In this document: positions 1 to 13,518 of the stretch, one piece after another
How the letters are laid out: each line of letters starts with the position of its first letter
Numbering within the stretch: position 1 is the stretch's first letter
Assembly: GCF_009914755.1 (NCBI RefSeq)
Contig: NC_060944.1
DNA: 64,000 bases
Origin: the human T2T-CHM13v2.0 reference genome, Homo sapiens
Direction: 5' to 3' (one strand)
Translations under genes and position numbers: made by a program
The notes under the pieces: model-generated
What the model was told of the DNA's origin: nothing
The model's database searches: none
Seen by the model: the letters and a program-made list of their open reading frames with translations, nothing else

Positions 1-30
1 AACCTTAAGTGATCCACCCGCCTCTTACTG

Positions 31-590
31 GTGCCATCTTTATGAACTTGTGTACCCAATGTTTAGCTCTCACTTATAAGTGAGAACATGCAGTATTTGA
101 CTTTGTTTTGGCATTCATTCACTTAGAGTAATGGCCTCCAGCTGTATCCATGTTGCTGCAAAGGACGTGATTTTGTTCTTTTTTATAGCTGCATTGTATT
201 CCATGGTGTATTTGTACCACATTTTCTCTATTCAATCCACTGTTAATGGGCACCTGAGTTGATTCCATATCTTTGTTATTTGAATAGTGCTGCAATGAAT
301 GTATGAGTGCAGGTGTCTTTTTGGTAGAATGATTTATTTTCCTTTGGGTGTATACCCAATAATGGGATTGCTGGGTTGAATGGTAATTCTATTTTTAGTT
401 ATTTGAGAAATCTCCAAACTGATTTGCATAGGAGTTGAACTAATTTACATTCCCACCAACAGTATATAAGTGTTCCCTTTTCTCTGCAGCCTTGCCAGCA
501 TCTGTTGATTTTTGACTTTGTAATTATAGACATTCTGACTAGTGTGAGGTATCTCATTGTGATTTTGACTTGTACTTCTATGACTGCGTT
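31..590 (-). mobile_element. LINE-1 3' fragment (ORF2 C-terminus/3'UTR), L1PB/L1MA-type
   Basis: ORF 399-647(-) encodes the L1 ORF2p Cys-rich end (RCWQGCREKGTLIYCWWECKLVQ); 'cacttataagtgagaacatg' is the antisense L1 3'UTR. Confidence 0.9.
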
Positions 591-2136
591 TTTTAAAAGT
601 GTTTTTAAAAAAGTTGGTACTCTATACAAGTTACTAACTATTAACACATTTCAAAACTGACTCCAGGATATGGGCTATCAGCATATCAGTAATATAAAGA
701 TATCAGTAACATCAAGACTAAGAACTGCTCACTTAGAGACTTCGCGAGAGAAATTAAAGATCCTTCCTAATTTTTGAAAGAAACCAAATCAGAAACCATC
801 CATCACTGAAAAACTTTCACTGTCCCCACCCTCCTTCTCACAATGGAATATTCTTTCTTTCTCCCTTACATTTTAAGAATATATAGTATCTCCATTCCAT
901 CCAACTTCTGTAGAATTTGAATGTCCAGCCTATCTTGCATCTCTCCTTCATCTGAGAGAGGAAAAACTGCTTCTCCAAGCATAGATCCAAATCCTTATCT
1001 CATTGTTAGACGCCTGAGATCTTTGTCTATTATTTTCACTTTAGTGTGGTATTGGGTAGCTAAACACGCAGGCAACAAGCACATAAGCACTTTGAGATAT
1101 AACCCTACTACATGTTACTAAGAATTTTTTATAAGATTTCTAATGGCTGCACGATTTTCTATTACATGGAACAGCCATAAATTATTTAATCCTTTCCCTA
1201 TTTGGGGGCATCATTTTTAAAAAGGATTTTCCACAACCTTGAAATGAAAGTGCTGTAATTAAATATCTGTTAATAGCACTAATTATTTACTTTTAATATG
1301 TCCTTAGGCATGTAAATACTATACCAAACAACTGAAATTTTTAAGACAAATCTCATACTAGGGATATATTAGACAACAGCATATCACTTGATTTGAGTGG
1401 GCAATATAAAATATATGGAAATAATGCCATATAAGCAAGGATTGCAGTGTGCACATCTCAAGACTACTACTTTGGGATATTGTATTATTTGGTGACAAAG
1501 AGACTGTACTATAACCCTTCAAAAGTATGATAGGTTAAATGCAATGGCAGGTTGCCTAGGTGTTTGGAGGAGTGTAATTGGCAAATGTGATATCCTCCAC
1601 ATCTCCCTCTCCTCTCCAGTAAGGTATCATTCTGGCAGGGAGAAGGGGTAGAGGTGAGTACCTTCTGTTGAGAGCACAGTTTTAATAAGTCAAGAATCCA
1701 ACCTAAGAAACATCATATTTGCTGTATTTAGGGAAGATGCACAAGTCAGAGCTGTTTTTATTTCTTGCCAGTTTCATTCCAAACGTAAGCAAGTAGAATG
1801 TCTTTTCTTTTTGACAGGCATATGGAAAGCTTATGAATGCAGTAATGAGAACTCTGCATGCCCATTTGGACCCTAGGGAGTTATATAACTTCATCCTTCT
1901 TTTTTATTTCTGGTTAGAAGAACCTAGTGATGCCTTCCATTACCTCCTACACATGGCCACCTACTGCATCCTCTGAGATGTTTCCAGTGACACAGAGGCT
2001 GGTGTTGTTGTGCCTAGGTTTATGGCTTAGAAAATGAGGGCAATTTTGTTTGACTGTTCCCTTAGGGTTTCCAAAAATACCATCTTAAAATGTACACTTG
2101 AAATCATAGGCCATTCGTTTCAACAACATTCCCAAG

Positions 2137-2293
2137 CAGGACCAGCTACACAATTTGTGGGCCTACTGCAAATGAAACTCTTAAGTCCATTGTTCAAAAA
2201 TCATTAAGAATTTTGCCACAGCAATAGGACAGTATTATACCAAGCTTGGGGTCCTTCTAAGTATGGGGCCCTGTGGTATTGTAGAAGTCCCCA
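2137..2293. mobile_element. MER45A-like hAT DNA transposon relic
   Basis: 'gctacacaatttgtgggcc...ttgttcaaaaatcattaagaattt...ggggccctgtg' matches recalled MER45A; second copy at 24640. Confidence 0.65.
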
Positions 2294-2379
2294 TCTCAAA
2301 AAGACAAAGCATTTTACTACTTTCTTTCCTGAAGTCTCCCAGGAAAAAGGTCCCTCTGCAGTAAATAAATTAAAAAATA

Positions 2380-3058
2380 ATGAACACATGGAGGTGGAGG
2401 TATCACAAAGAAAAATAACAAACTGAGAAGGGTTGGTGGAGAGACAAAGGAGGAAGATAAAGAGAAGAGAGTTAAAGGGTACAAATACACAGATAGAAAA
2501 AATAAATGCAATGTTTGATAGTAGAATAGGATGACTATAGTTGACAAAAACGTATTGCACTCAGGTCGTGGGCCTCAAATATTCTGACTTCATCCCTGCC
2601 TGTGCATTTGGTATTAGTTCATTCTCACATTGCTATAAAGAACTACCTGAGACTGGGTGATTTACAAAGAAAAGTGGTTTAATTGACTCACAGTTCTGCA
2701 GGCTGTACAGGAAGCATAGCTGGGGAGGCCTCAGGAAACGTACAATCATGGCAGAAGGTAATGAGGAAGCAGACACATCTTACATGGCCAGAGAAAGAGG
2801 AAGAGAACAAAGCGGGAAGTCCTACACACTTCTGAACACCAGGCCTCATGAGAACTCACTCACTATCATGAGAAGAGCAAGGGGGAAAAAATCCACACCC
2901 ATGAACCAATCACTTCCCACAGGGCCGCTTCTCCAACACTGGGGATTACAATTCAACATGAGATTTGAGCAAGGACACAAATCCAAACCATATCAGTATA
3001 TATGTAACAAAATTTCACATGTACCCCATAAATTTATACAAATGGAAAAAAATTAAAA
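2380..3058 (+). mobile_element. L1MA-type 3' end, split by an MST LTR
   Basis: L1 3'UTR motifs before 2609 resume after 2995 ('aatttcacatgtaccccataaatttataca' plus A-tail). Confidence 0.7.
2609..2995 (-). mobile_element. MSTB-like MaLR solo LTR
   Basis: Antisense MST ends 'gtattagttc...ccaaaccatatca'; internal 'aggctgtacaggaagcat' typical of MSTB. Confidence 0.85.
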
Positions 3059-3117
3059 GGTGAGAGTCTGGAGAGAATGAGCAATTTAATTCAGATTTAA
3101 TAATACGCTACAGATGC

Positions 3118-3195
3118 TATCTTGAACCACATGAAATTGCCAGTATTAAAATATTTTTTATTTCTAAACACAGCATTTTAAATGGTTCCAACTAA
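3118..3195. mobile_element. MADE2-like mariner MITE
   Basis: Imperfect palindrome 'ttgaaccacatgaaattgc...gcattttaaatggttccaa'; a second decayed copy at about 14222-14295. Confidence 0.6.
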
Positions 3196-3374
3196 CTCAT
3201 GGCAATTGTCACGGTAATACATTTTTCCTGGGATTAATATCCTTATGAGTTGACACACCACAGAAAAAAGGGGGGAAGAAATTATGGTAATGATTCCTAC
3301 ACAAGGGTTCCTTTGTATATGTATGTTTGCTATTTGTGTAAAAACTGTGTACATGTGTGTTAAGATATAAACAA

Positions 3375-3841
3375 TGATTCAGCTAGGGTACATTCTATGT
3401 TGCTTTAACAAGGAGACCACAAAAATGCAGTGGATTAGTGAAGACAGAAGTTGATTTCTCACCCCCAAAACAGTATGGGCAGGGAGGCAGAGGTGCTACA
3501 GGCTAACAAGGCAGTTCCATCTCAGCACAGTGCTGCCGTCATCTCTGGGGCCAAGCGAGTTGCTCTAGCACCCACTACTATGTCTGTTACTCAGCCTATG
3601 AGTAAGGGAAGATAAAGACAAGCATGTACCCAGTCTTCTTAATGGCTCAACACAAATGAGGCACATCCTTCTGCTCACATTCCAGTGGCCGGAGCTTAGT
3701 CACATGGTCATACTGAGCTGCAGGGGCAGCTTAGAAATTTAGTCTCTAGCTTGGATGCTATGGCATCCAAGAACTTAACGCTTCTGTTATTAAAGGAAGT
3801 GGAAAATAGATACAAGTGGACAACTCACCATGTATCTGCCT
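3375..3841 (-). mobile_element. Old MaLR LTR (MLT1J/K-like)
   Basis: 'cttctgctcacattccagtggcc...ttagtcacatgg...aaatttagtct' motifs. Confidence 0.55.
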
Positions 3842-3854
3842 TAAGCAGTTTAAC

Positions 3855-4156
3855 TTTTTTTTTTTTTTTTTTTTGAGATGGAGTCTCACTCTGTCACCCA
3901 GGCTGGAGTGTGGTGGAGAGATCTTGGCTCACTGCAACCTCCACTTTCTGGTTCAATTGATTCTCCTGCCTCAGCCTCCCAAGTAGCTGGGATTACAGGT
4001 ACACACTACCAAGCCCAGCTAATTTTTTGTATTTTTTCAGAAATGGGGTTTCACCATGATGGCCAGACTGGTCTTGAACTCCTAAACTCAAGTGATCCAC
4101 CTGTCTTGGCCTCCCAAAATGCTGGGATATACAGGCATGAGCCACCGTGCCCAGCC
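3855..4156 (-). mobile_element. Alu (AluS-type)
   Basis: Poly-T plus full antisense dimer; TSD aagcagtttaactttt / aagtagttcaactttt. Confidence 0.97.
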
Positions 4157-5105
4157 AAGTAGTTCAACTTTTAAAAAAATAATTTGACATATACATCCAG
4201 AACTTCTCCATTTTTTGACATAGATTAGTCCTTGGGTGTAGATCTGCTGGTTGGAGTTCCACATTTTCTTCCTTACATAAAATATAATATAACCCTAATT
4301 TCTAGTTTTAGTTCCCTGAAAATGCTGTAAGTTCTTAAAAACTTTTAGTATAATTTAGATTCAGACTCCTAGATTTTTATATTTTCATTGTCTTAACATT
4401 TGTCTCCCTTAAACCTAATTTGACAGCATTGTTAGCTAATTGTCATTATCATTTTTCCCAAAATATTAAATTTTATTTTCATAGAGATGATTCTCTTTCC
4501 ACACTCATAATTTGTTTACATAATACTTAATTAAATTGTATAGTTATAATAGCAAGCAAAACACCCATTAACGTACTAAAGCACAACAAAGCTAACACTT
4601 GCTGAGCATAGAGGTTAACAGAAGTGTGCAGGAGAAATAGCGATTAGTTTACCAGCCAAGTGTATTTAGCATGGAGGTAGAAGGAGTCAGTATCCTTTAC
4701 AGAGAGAACGAGAAGAGTCAATTAATCCAGCAAGTTGGTTGAGTATAAGTCAATGAACAGAGCTGCAACTGTGTCTTCAACAATATAAGTAATTCCTCCC
4801 CTCAACCTTTAAACCAATCATTTCCTTTAACCACTGAGCGAATTATTTTAGAGCAATCATGATATGGGAAACACAGATTTGCTATTTCTTCTGTCCGTCT
4901 CTCTTTCCAATTGCCTCTCACAGTATAAGCATCAGACCCACTGGAGCTTAAAGGTACATAACTCACTTTTCTAACAGCATTGTCTAAAACACAAACCATC
5001 CACTTCATTGGGTACTCGCCTAAAAAGACAGAGATATCTTCCAACCCAGGAGGAAAGTGACCAGGTTGAAATCATTGACCTATGCTATACCACTTTCCAA
5101 TATAA

Positions 5106-5429
<324 letters not shown>

Positions 5430-6669
5430 AAGAGATTTTCAAAGGTGTTTTTCTCTGCAGATTATTTTTGCCTTGTGTACTGACCTTAGAACTTTACCTC
5501 GGATAGGATGAAAATCCATTGAAAAGGTTTTTGCATTGAAAATACGCCAGTGCTTTTCAAAGGCATAATAAAATAGATAAAATACTAGATAAAATAGATA
5601 AAATACTAGATAGTTAGTACTTTATATTTTAGATAAAATACTAAAATAATTTCTAAACAGCATTCAGTGTTGCTGGGCATACTCTGACACTTCCAGAAAT
5701 TTATCAGTACCCCCCGACCTACGGTCTCATCTGATCAATAAATTGCCATCTCATCTCCCCCAACCCCTATTAAAAAATAGCACGGTGCTCACATAATGCT
5801 GTTGTAAGAGATTTATTACTAAATAATTGAACAACATTGATCTTCAAATTGAATTACCAGACCCAAGGCATTTCCTTTATGTTAACAAAGAGTGACTGAT
5901 TCTTATCAAGCAACAAGCTCACTGTTACATCAGATACTCTGGGATTCCTGGTTTATCTTGAAATAAGAAAGTAGGTTTTTTAAAAATTCACTTAAAACTA
6001 AGATAACTGTTGAAGTTTGTTCTATTTTTGATTTTATGTTAGGTAGTTAATAACTTACATCAAACAAATCAGTAGTTTATTACTGCCTACTGGTGTTAGA
6101 GAATGTCTTTCCTCTAAGGAATACAATTTTATTTTTTCTAATGGATTAATGTCTTCCAAAGTCTCCGCAGAAGTATGCCTGTGTTTACAAATATAGTGTT
6201 TGTTGGTGAGCCTGAAAAATGGAAAAATTCTGTTGTTTTCCCTGGGATAAAGACATGTGTTTATGTAGCACTCAAACAATCACATATTTAAGATCCTACT
6301 TTGTACCCAGCTTGTCTTGGGATCCAAGGACACAGGATTGACAGAGCCTCTGCCCTCATGGGGCTCTAAGATTGGGTTGGAAAATGGACACAACTAGGCA
6401 ATTTAAATATTGAACATAGAGAAGTACAAGGTGGTAGAGATGAATATTGGGGGTACCTAAATGCAGCTTAGTTATTTAGGGCAACAAATCTGTGATTCCC
6501 TTAAACTTTCTCCCTCTCAATAGCCATATAAAAATTGTGACACTCATCTTAGAAACTTGAGGCATTTTCAGATTACTTTCTAGAATATTATGGCAAATAT
6601 CTTAGTGAAAGATATTCATGGATTGCCTCAGAGGTAAGAGCAACTAGGAATTTCTACTTTGGCCTAGGG

Positions 6670-7004
6670 CAGAGCACAGCCAACTACTTTGGCCCACAGG
6701 CCAAATCCTGCTGCCACCTGTTTTTACATGGGTCAGTAGCTAAGAATGGTTTCTACAATTGTGTAGGTTTTTTTTTTTTAATGGTTGAAAAACAATTTTT
6801 CAAACATGAAAATTACATGAAATGCACATTTTGGTGCCCCTACTTAGAGTTCTATCAGAACACATCATACCCATTCATTTAATGTCTACGCTTTTGTACT
6901 GCAATGGCAGAAGTAAGTAGTCATAACAGAAGCTATGATGAAGGGTCTCCAGGCCTAAATTATTTACTGTCTGGCCCTTTACTGACAAATTCTGCCAATC
7001 CCTG
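6670..7004. mobile_element. MER58B-like hAT-Charlie element
   Basis: 'ggcccacaggccaaatcc...gctaagaatggtt...tatttactgtctggccctttac...gccaatccctg'. Confidence 0.75.
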
Positions 7005-7539
7005 GCTTAGAAAATCCATTAACTTTTGAAAAGGTAGTAAAACACAAAAGCACAGGCCATCCTAATACTCTTAGTTGCATGTTGCAAACAAACATCAATC
7101 AGCAGACTCCTCGGCACATTGTCTATTTATAGTCCTTCCTTTAGTGGTCCCAGAAAGATATTATTCTGTGGCTGCCTACTCCTTTCTTGTTTTCATACTT
7201 AGCAAGCCTGAGACATGGTGAGGGTACAGAGCTTCTCTACCGGCTCTGAGATGAGTCCCTTCACCTGCTTTTGGCCATTTGCTCTCAACACACCTGATTG
7301 TACAGGTGGACTCCATCCACCTGGAGCATTTGTTGGCTTCCTAAACATAATCTGAAGTCTAAATGGATGGATATGCCTCTTTCTCAGGGCAAGGACTAAT
7401 ATGAGGGAAGGGAGGAACTGGCCTTAGGCACAAAATATAAGGGCAGGGGAGGGAACATCAAAGCTCAATAATACAGATCAACAGCATTACAATGCAATAT
7501 TTTAAAAAACCCCAATTACTACAAAAATATCCATGATGG

Positions 7540-7543
<4 letters not shown>

Positions 7544-7596
<53 letters not shown>
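7544..7596. repeat. (TA)n microsatellite, about 26 units, in the Alu tail
   Basis: Direct reading. Confidence 0.98.
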
Positions 7597-7600
<4 letters not shown>

Positions 7601-7866
7601 TTTTTTTTTTGAGACAGGGTCTTATTCTGTTGCCCAGGCTGGAGTGCTGTAGTACAATCACAACTCACTGCAGCCTCAACTTCCTGGGTGATCACCTCAG
7701 CTTCTTGAGTAGCTGGGACCACAAACACAAGCCACCATACCTGGCTAATTTTTTTTTTTTCCAGAGTCAGGGTTTTGCAACATTGCCCACGCTGGTCTTG
7801 AACTCCCGGGTTCAAGTGATTCGCCCACTTCAGCCTCCCAAAGTGATGGGATTAAAGACCCGACCT
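7597..7866 (-). mobile_element. AluJ-type
   Basis: 'gagacagggtctt...ctcactgcagcctcaacttcctggg' AluJ-like left end. Confidence 0.9.
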
Positions 7867-8407
7867 AATATTACAATATTTTTAAAAGACTGAATCAGTA
7901 TTATGGACATTTCTTTTGCCTCACACTCCAATATGGCTTGCCATGGTGCAGTTACAGACCTGTTTTTTCTTTAAAATTTTGTTATTTTGTTCAGTATGAG
8001 ATTTTTTGCATTAATGTTGATTTTCTAAAAAGTATTACTGGATTACTGAGTTTTTTGGCACCCACTTACAGTCTGTGCTGAGTTGAGAACCTCAGTCTCT
8101 GTACCCCAGTCTTGGTCCTGCTGTGACTGATTCATGACTGAAGTTCCCATGAGGACTAACAAACTTGTGTGGGGAATGAGGAAAGAGAGTAGCCCTTAGC
8201 ATTTGAATGATATAACACAACGATATCAATTTAGGGAAAACTGAAGCCCATAATACTTAGCATTTTTATAATGGAAAAGTGAAATCCTCCCAGGGTTAAA
8301 AAGCCATATATATGATGTGAATGGGAAGGCTCTAGCCTTCATTTGTTACGTTATAATAGGAACCCCACGTGCCCCTCTCTCAAATTTCACTTTGTTCACT
8401 TTCACAG

Positions 8408-8628
8408 AGTGAAATTACTGTGCTACAAAACTGTCCCAAGGGACTAACTCCCGAAATGTGTCTGCTGAGCTACTACGGAGTCACAAATGACAGAGAAAAT
8501 GCTTTGCAGTATTTGTTGGAAGCCAGGCACTGCCAGATTCAATGCAATTGCAGAAATTCATTACACATCCAAATCTCTAAAATGCCGAGTAGAAAATTAC
8601 TTACATCGAGCCTCAGCAGTAGGAAAAG
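8408..8628 (+). other. Candidate internal exon (221 nt) of an unknown transcript
   Basis: Acceptor tttgttcactttcacag|, donor AAG|gtgagt, non-repeat sequence, one frame open throughout. Confidence 0.35.
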
Positions 8629-8739
8629 GTGAGTCTGGAACAATGTCCAGGAATGAAATGACCTCATTCAATTTAGCGAATATTGACCAAATTCCCACCA
8701 CGTGCTAGGAACTAGAAATGTAAATATTAAGTCAAATAA

Positions 8740-9160
8740 TGCTGAGCACCTACTGTGTGCTTCATTTTGCACATGAAGAAACTGAGGCACAGAGATGTTA
8801 AATAGTCCCAAGGTCACAGGTCACATAGCTAATGAGTAGTGTGCCTGAGATTCCAACCCCAACTGTGTGATGCAGAGATATGACTCTATGCTGAGATCGC
8901 TAAGACACTGCAGAACAGCCAACTGAATTTACAGAACCTCCTAATTTCTTGCTAGACAACTAGTGAGTCACTTTACCCATTTACTAGAAAAATATCTTTG
9001 CTATTAAATACAGGGTCATTCAGCCACCATTAGAGTTGTAGAAACCTAAAATTTCAAACTGGAAGGGCCATTAGTGTGTCTAGTTCAAACTCCCTCCCCA
9101 ATTTTATAGTTGAAGGATCTGAGGCACCAAGAGATTATGGCTTGTTAGAGTCATAGATAA
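8740..9160 (-). mobile_element. MIR and MIR3 fragments
   Basis: Core 'atgaagaaactgaggcacagaga...cccaaggtcaca' at about 8770; 'ggaagggcc...ctagttcaaac...attttatag' at about 9060. Confidence 0.7.
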
Positions 9161-10291
9161 TTATTAAACTTCTACCTGCCTGAAAAACAAGGATTCACTA
9201 AGAATTTTTTAAAAATATATTAATAAAAAAATAAAGACAGGATGGAGAATTCAATCATTAAGAATGAAACTTGTTTATTACCAGGAGCTAAAACTTTGGA
9301 AGAATGATTAAGGTCTTCTGCTTAACTAAAGCAGAATTGCGCCCTAGATATTTGCATGCAGCTGTGAATGTATTTCAGGTTAACATTTGCCCTCAAATCT
9401 TCCTCTAGTTTCCCTTGACAGCAAAGCAACTGAAATGTACAGCTGAATAAGTCTACTTTAAGGTTCTTTTTAAGGAGTTTATACCTTGCCAGTTAGAAGT
9501 AAATTTCCTCACCTTGTTTGCTATTACTTACACCTTCCTGTAAATTTAGTATTTTTATACATCTTACAATAATGGGTCTATGACATTTGTAGCAAAAGAA
9601 GATTGCTTTTGCCTTTTCTCCCTTAATATTTCTTTTCTTCAGTAAATTCCATGTGAATAAAATCACACTCGTAAAGTATGAGTGGGCACTGGAAAAAGCA
9701 TAGGTGATTCGGTTAATGGGTCCACACAGAAGTGCACATTCATCTCAACCTACGTTAGCAACTAAGGGCAAGAACTTGGCTTCGTTACAACTTAAGTCTT
9801 TGGAAGAAGGCACATGAATGATAACTTCCATGCTTTTTGCTCAGAATGAACCTTGGTCCCAAAATCAGAGGAAAAATTCTTCATCCATGTAGCTTCAGAG
9901 GAAGGGATGTCAATGGCGACACTGTCATCTTCTAGGGAGCAGGTTGGAAATCCGTGGGAGCATATTTAGGGGCACTAATAGTATTTAGAGGATGGGTCAA
10001 GGCTGCTAGACATCAGAAATGTTAGACAGTCCTGAGGTAACAAAAGGTTTTTCCACAGCCCACATGACTTTTGATTGACTTCATTTAGTATACAGAAACA
10101 ATGTATTTTTTGATAATTTTAATAACAGTAAATTTTCCAGGAATAAGATTAGCATGCAAATCAAGGGATTTTTTTTCTTAGTTTTGTTAAGGATCCATTC
10201 ATTTTGTTAGGAATTTTACCAAAAGTTTGTTTTTCATCATTTTGGAAAATATTTTAAAATGACAGTATTACTTGGGATATTGCAGTGGCCC

Positions 10292-10647
10292 TGTATTAGT
10301 CCATTTTCACACTGCTGTAAAGATACTACCTGAGACTGGGTAATTTATAAACAAAAGAGGTTTAATTAAGTCCCAGTTCTACATGGATGGGGAAGTCTCA
10401 AAAAACTTACAGTCAAGGAAGAAGGCAAAAGAGAAGCAAGTAACTTCTTGCATGGTGGCAGAAGAGAGAGAGCGCTCACACAAAGGGGAGGAGCCATACA
10501 CTTACCAAACAACCAGATTTGATGAGAACAGCAAAGTGGAAGGCCACTCCCATGATTCAATCACCACCCACTAGACTACTACCCCAACATGTGGAGATTA
10601 CAATTCAAGATGAGAATTGGGTGAGGACATAGAGCCAAACTGTGTCA
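10292..10647 (-). mobile_element. MSTA/THE1D-type MaLR solo LTR
   Basis: tgtattagtcc...agccaaactgtgtca; 5-bp TSD ggccc/ggtcc. Confidence 0.9.
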
Positions 10648-10770
10648 GGTCCATACAACCCAACTGACACTGTCTGCATCTGTAGCTGCCACAAACACTA
10701 TAATTCAGTGTAGATGCCCAGATACAAACACAGACATGCCCTAAAATTGACATACGGATGCGCACATGCA

Positions 10771-13060
10771 AGATATGGTTTGGCTGTGTCCCCACCCAAA
10801 TCTCAGCTCGAATTTCACCTCCCAGAATTTCCACGTATTATCAGAGGGACCCAGGGGGAGGTAATTGAATCCTGGGGGCCAGTCTTTCTTGTGCCAGTCT
10901 CGTGATAGTGAATAGGTCTCACAAGATCTGAGGGGTTTATCAGGGGTTTCTGCTTTTGCTTCTTCCTCATTTTTCGCTTGCTGCCGCCATGTAAGAAGCA
11001 CCTTTTGCCTCCCACCATGATTCTGAGGCCTCCCAAGCCATGTGGAACTGTAAGTCCAATTAAACCTCTTTTTCTTCCCAGTCTCAGGTATGTCTTTATC
11101 AGCATCGTGAAAACGGACTAATACAGTAAATTGGTACCAGTAGAGTGGGATGTTGCTGAAAAGATACCCGAAAATGTGGAATTGACTTTGGAACTGGGTA
11201 ACAGGCAGACATTGGAACACTTCGGAGGGCTCAGAAGAAGACAGGAAAATGTGGGAATGTTTGGAACCTCCTAGAGATTTGTTGAATGGCTTTGGCAAAA
11301 ATACCGATAGTGATATGAAAAATAAGGTCCAGGCTGAGGTGGTCTCAGGTGGTGATGAGGAACTTGTTGGGAACTGGAGCAAAGGTGACTGTTGTTATGT
11401 TTTAGCAAAGAGACTGGTGGCATTTTGCCCCTACCCTAGAGATTTGTGGGACTTTGAACTTGAGAGAGATGATTTAGGGTATCAGGCAGAAGGAATTTCT
11501 AAGCAGAAAAGCATTCAAAAGGTGACTTGGGTGCTGTTAAAAGCATACAGTTTTAAAAGGGAAACAGCATAAAAGTTTGGAAAATTTGCAGCCTGACTAA
11601 GCGATAGAAAAGAAAAACCCATTTTCTGGGCAGAAATTCAAGCTGGCTACTGAAATTTGAATAAGTAGCAAGGATCCTAATGTCAATCCCCAAGACCATG
11701 GGGAAAGTGTCTTCAGGCCATGTCAGAGACCTTCACAGCAGCCCCTCCCACCACAGACCCAGAGGCAAAAATGGTTTCGTAGGCCAGGCCTAGGGTCCCT
11801 GTGCTGTGTGCAGCCTAGGGAGTTGGTGCCCTGTGTCCCAGCTGGTCCATCCATGGCTGAAAGGGGCTAACGTACAGTTTAGGCTGTGGCTTCAGAGGGT
11901 GGAAGCCCCAAGCCTTGGCAGCTTCCATGTGGTGTTGAGCCTGTGGGTACACAGAAGTCAAGAATTGAGGTTTGGAAACCTCTGCCTAGATTTCAGAGGA
12001 TGTACGGAAATACCTGGATGCCCAGGCAAGTTTGCTGCAGGGGTGGGGCCCTCATGTAGAACCTCTGCTAGGGCAGTGCAGAAGGGAAATATGGGGTCAG
12101 AGCCCCCACACAGAGTCCCTACTGGGACACCACCTAGTGGAGCTGTAAGACAAGGGCCACCATGCTGTCCTCCAGACCCCAGAATAGTAGATCCACCGAC
12201 AGCTTGCACCATGTACCTGGAAAGGCCGCAGACATTCAATGCCAGCCCATGAAGGCAGCCAGGATGGAGGGTGTACCCTGCAAAGTCACAGGGGTGGAGC
12301 TGCCCAAGACCACAGGAACCCACACCTCTGGCATCAGCGTGACCTGGAGGTGAGACCTGGAGTCAAAGGAGATCATTTTGGAGCTTTAAAATTTGACTTC
12401 CCCACTGGATTTTGGACTTGCATGAACCCTGTAACCCCCTTTGTTTTGGCCAATTTCTCCCATTTGGAATGGCTATATTTACCCAATACTTGTACCCCCA
12501 TTGTATCTTGGAAGTAACTAGCTTGCCTTTGATTTTACAGACTCATAGGCAGAAGGCACTTGCCTTGTCTCAGATGAGACTTTGGACTGTGGACTTTTGG
12601 GTTAATGTTGAAATGAGTTAAGACTTTGGGGGACTGTTGGGAAGGCATGATTGCTTTTGAAATGTGAGGACATGAGATTTGGAGGGGCCAGGGGCAAAAT
12701 GATATATTTTAGGTGTGTCCCCATCCAAGTCTCAACTTGAATTGTATCTCCCAGAATTCCCACATGTTGTAGGATGGACCCAGGGGGAGGTAATTGAATC
12801 ATGGGCGCCAGTCTTTCTCATGCCATTCTCGTGGTAGTGAATAAGTCTCATGAGATTTGATGGGTTTATCGGGGGGTTCCATTTTTGCTTCTTCCTCATT
12901 TTTCTCTTGCTGCCGCCATGTAAGAAATGCCTTTTGCCTCCTCCTCCTGGTATGATTCTGAGGCCTCCTGAGCCACGTGGAACTGTAAGTCCAGTTAAAG
13001 CTCTTTTTCTTCCCAGTATCAAGTATGTCTTTATCAGCAGCATGAAAACAGACTAATATA
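10771..13060 (+). mobile_element. Full-length THE1A MaLR element (5'LTR 10771-11125, internal 11126-12699, 3'LTR 12700-13060)
   Basis: Two homologous LTRs of about 355 bp; internal start gtaaattggtacc; polypurine tract ggaggggccagggg; perfect TSD ATGCA. Confidence 0.95.
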
Positions 13061-13518
13061 ATGCATATATTATAAGTCATGTGTCATGCATTTATTTTCT
13101 ATTAGAGATATGGCATTTTCTTTGAAATTATATCTGTAAGTAGGTTATATTATCTAAATGTCACTTTTTGATGGTAAGGGTATATTACAAAATATCTGTC
13201 ATAAATCAGGGTCGTTTGTTCTAGTAGAAGAGCCAAGCACTCTTTTAGAAAGACACTCCAACTATGTACTATATGTTGATTGTTCAGACACAGACAAGAA
13301 TTATAAAATATTGGACCCAAAAAGAAAAGAACCTGGGAAATAATTGTGCACAATGTCCTTCTAACAGATGGAACAATGGGACCCAGAGAGATACGCAGCC
13401 AAGAAGACCTGGGGTGGGGACAGTAGTTATGAACAGGAGAGCTGTCTTCAATTATGAAAAGAACTGCCCACACAGAAGAAAGATAATTTTTCTGTACATC
13501 TGTAAGTGATGTTCATGT

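Larger units (their letters stand above)
7385..8120. mobile_element. MER96B-like hAT element, split by an Alu
   Basis: Terminal inverted ends cagggc.../...gtcctg; 'aatgcaatattttaaaaaa' and 'gattactgagttttttggcacc' match recalled consensus. Confidence 0.65.
9905..13242. mobile_element. MER20B-like hAT-Charlie element in three pieces (9905-10291, 10648-10770, 13061-13242)
   Basis: Collinear motifs 'aattttccaggaat', 'gtctgcatctgtagctg' and 'gtaggttatattatcta...ttacaaaatat' lie either side of the two LTR insertions. Confidence 0.65.

Noticed and set aside
399-647. L1 ORF2p-like peptides (also 37364-37561 and 60602-60853)
   Set aside because: Truncated, dead L1 fragments; no intact L1 in the window
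3878-4162. ORFs with 'AQAGVQW' or 'LSPRLECSG' motifs here and at the other Alus
   Set aside because: Standard Alu-derived translations
10741-11382. Longest ORF in the window (213 aa, minus strand)
   Set aside because: It is an antisense reading of the THE1A LTR and internal sequence, with no protein-like features
11249-12621. Several overlapping ORFs in the THE1A internal region
   Set aside because: They are fragments of the decayed MaLR internal ORF broken by stops and frameshifts; no pol domains
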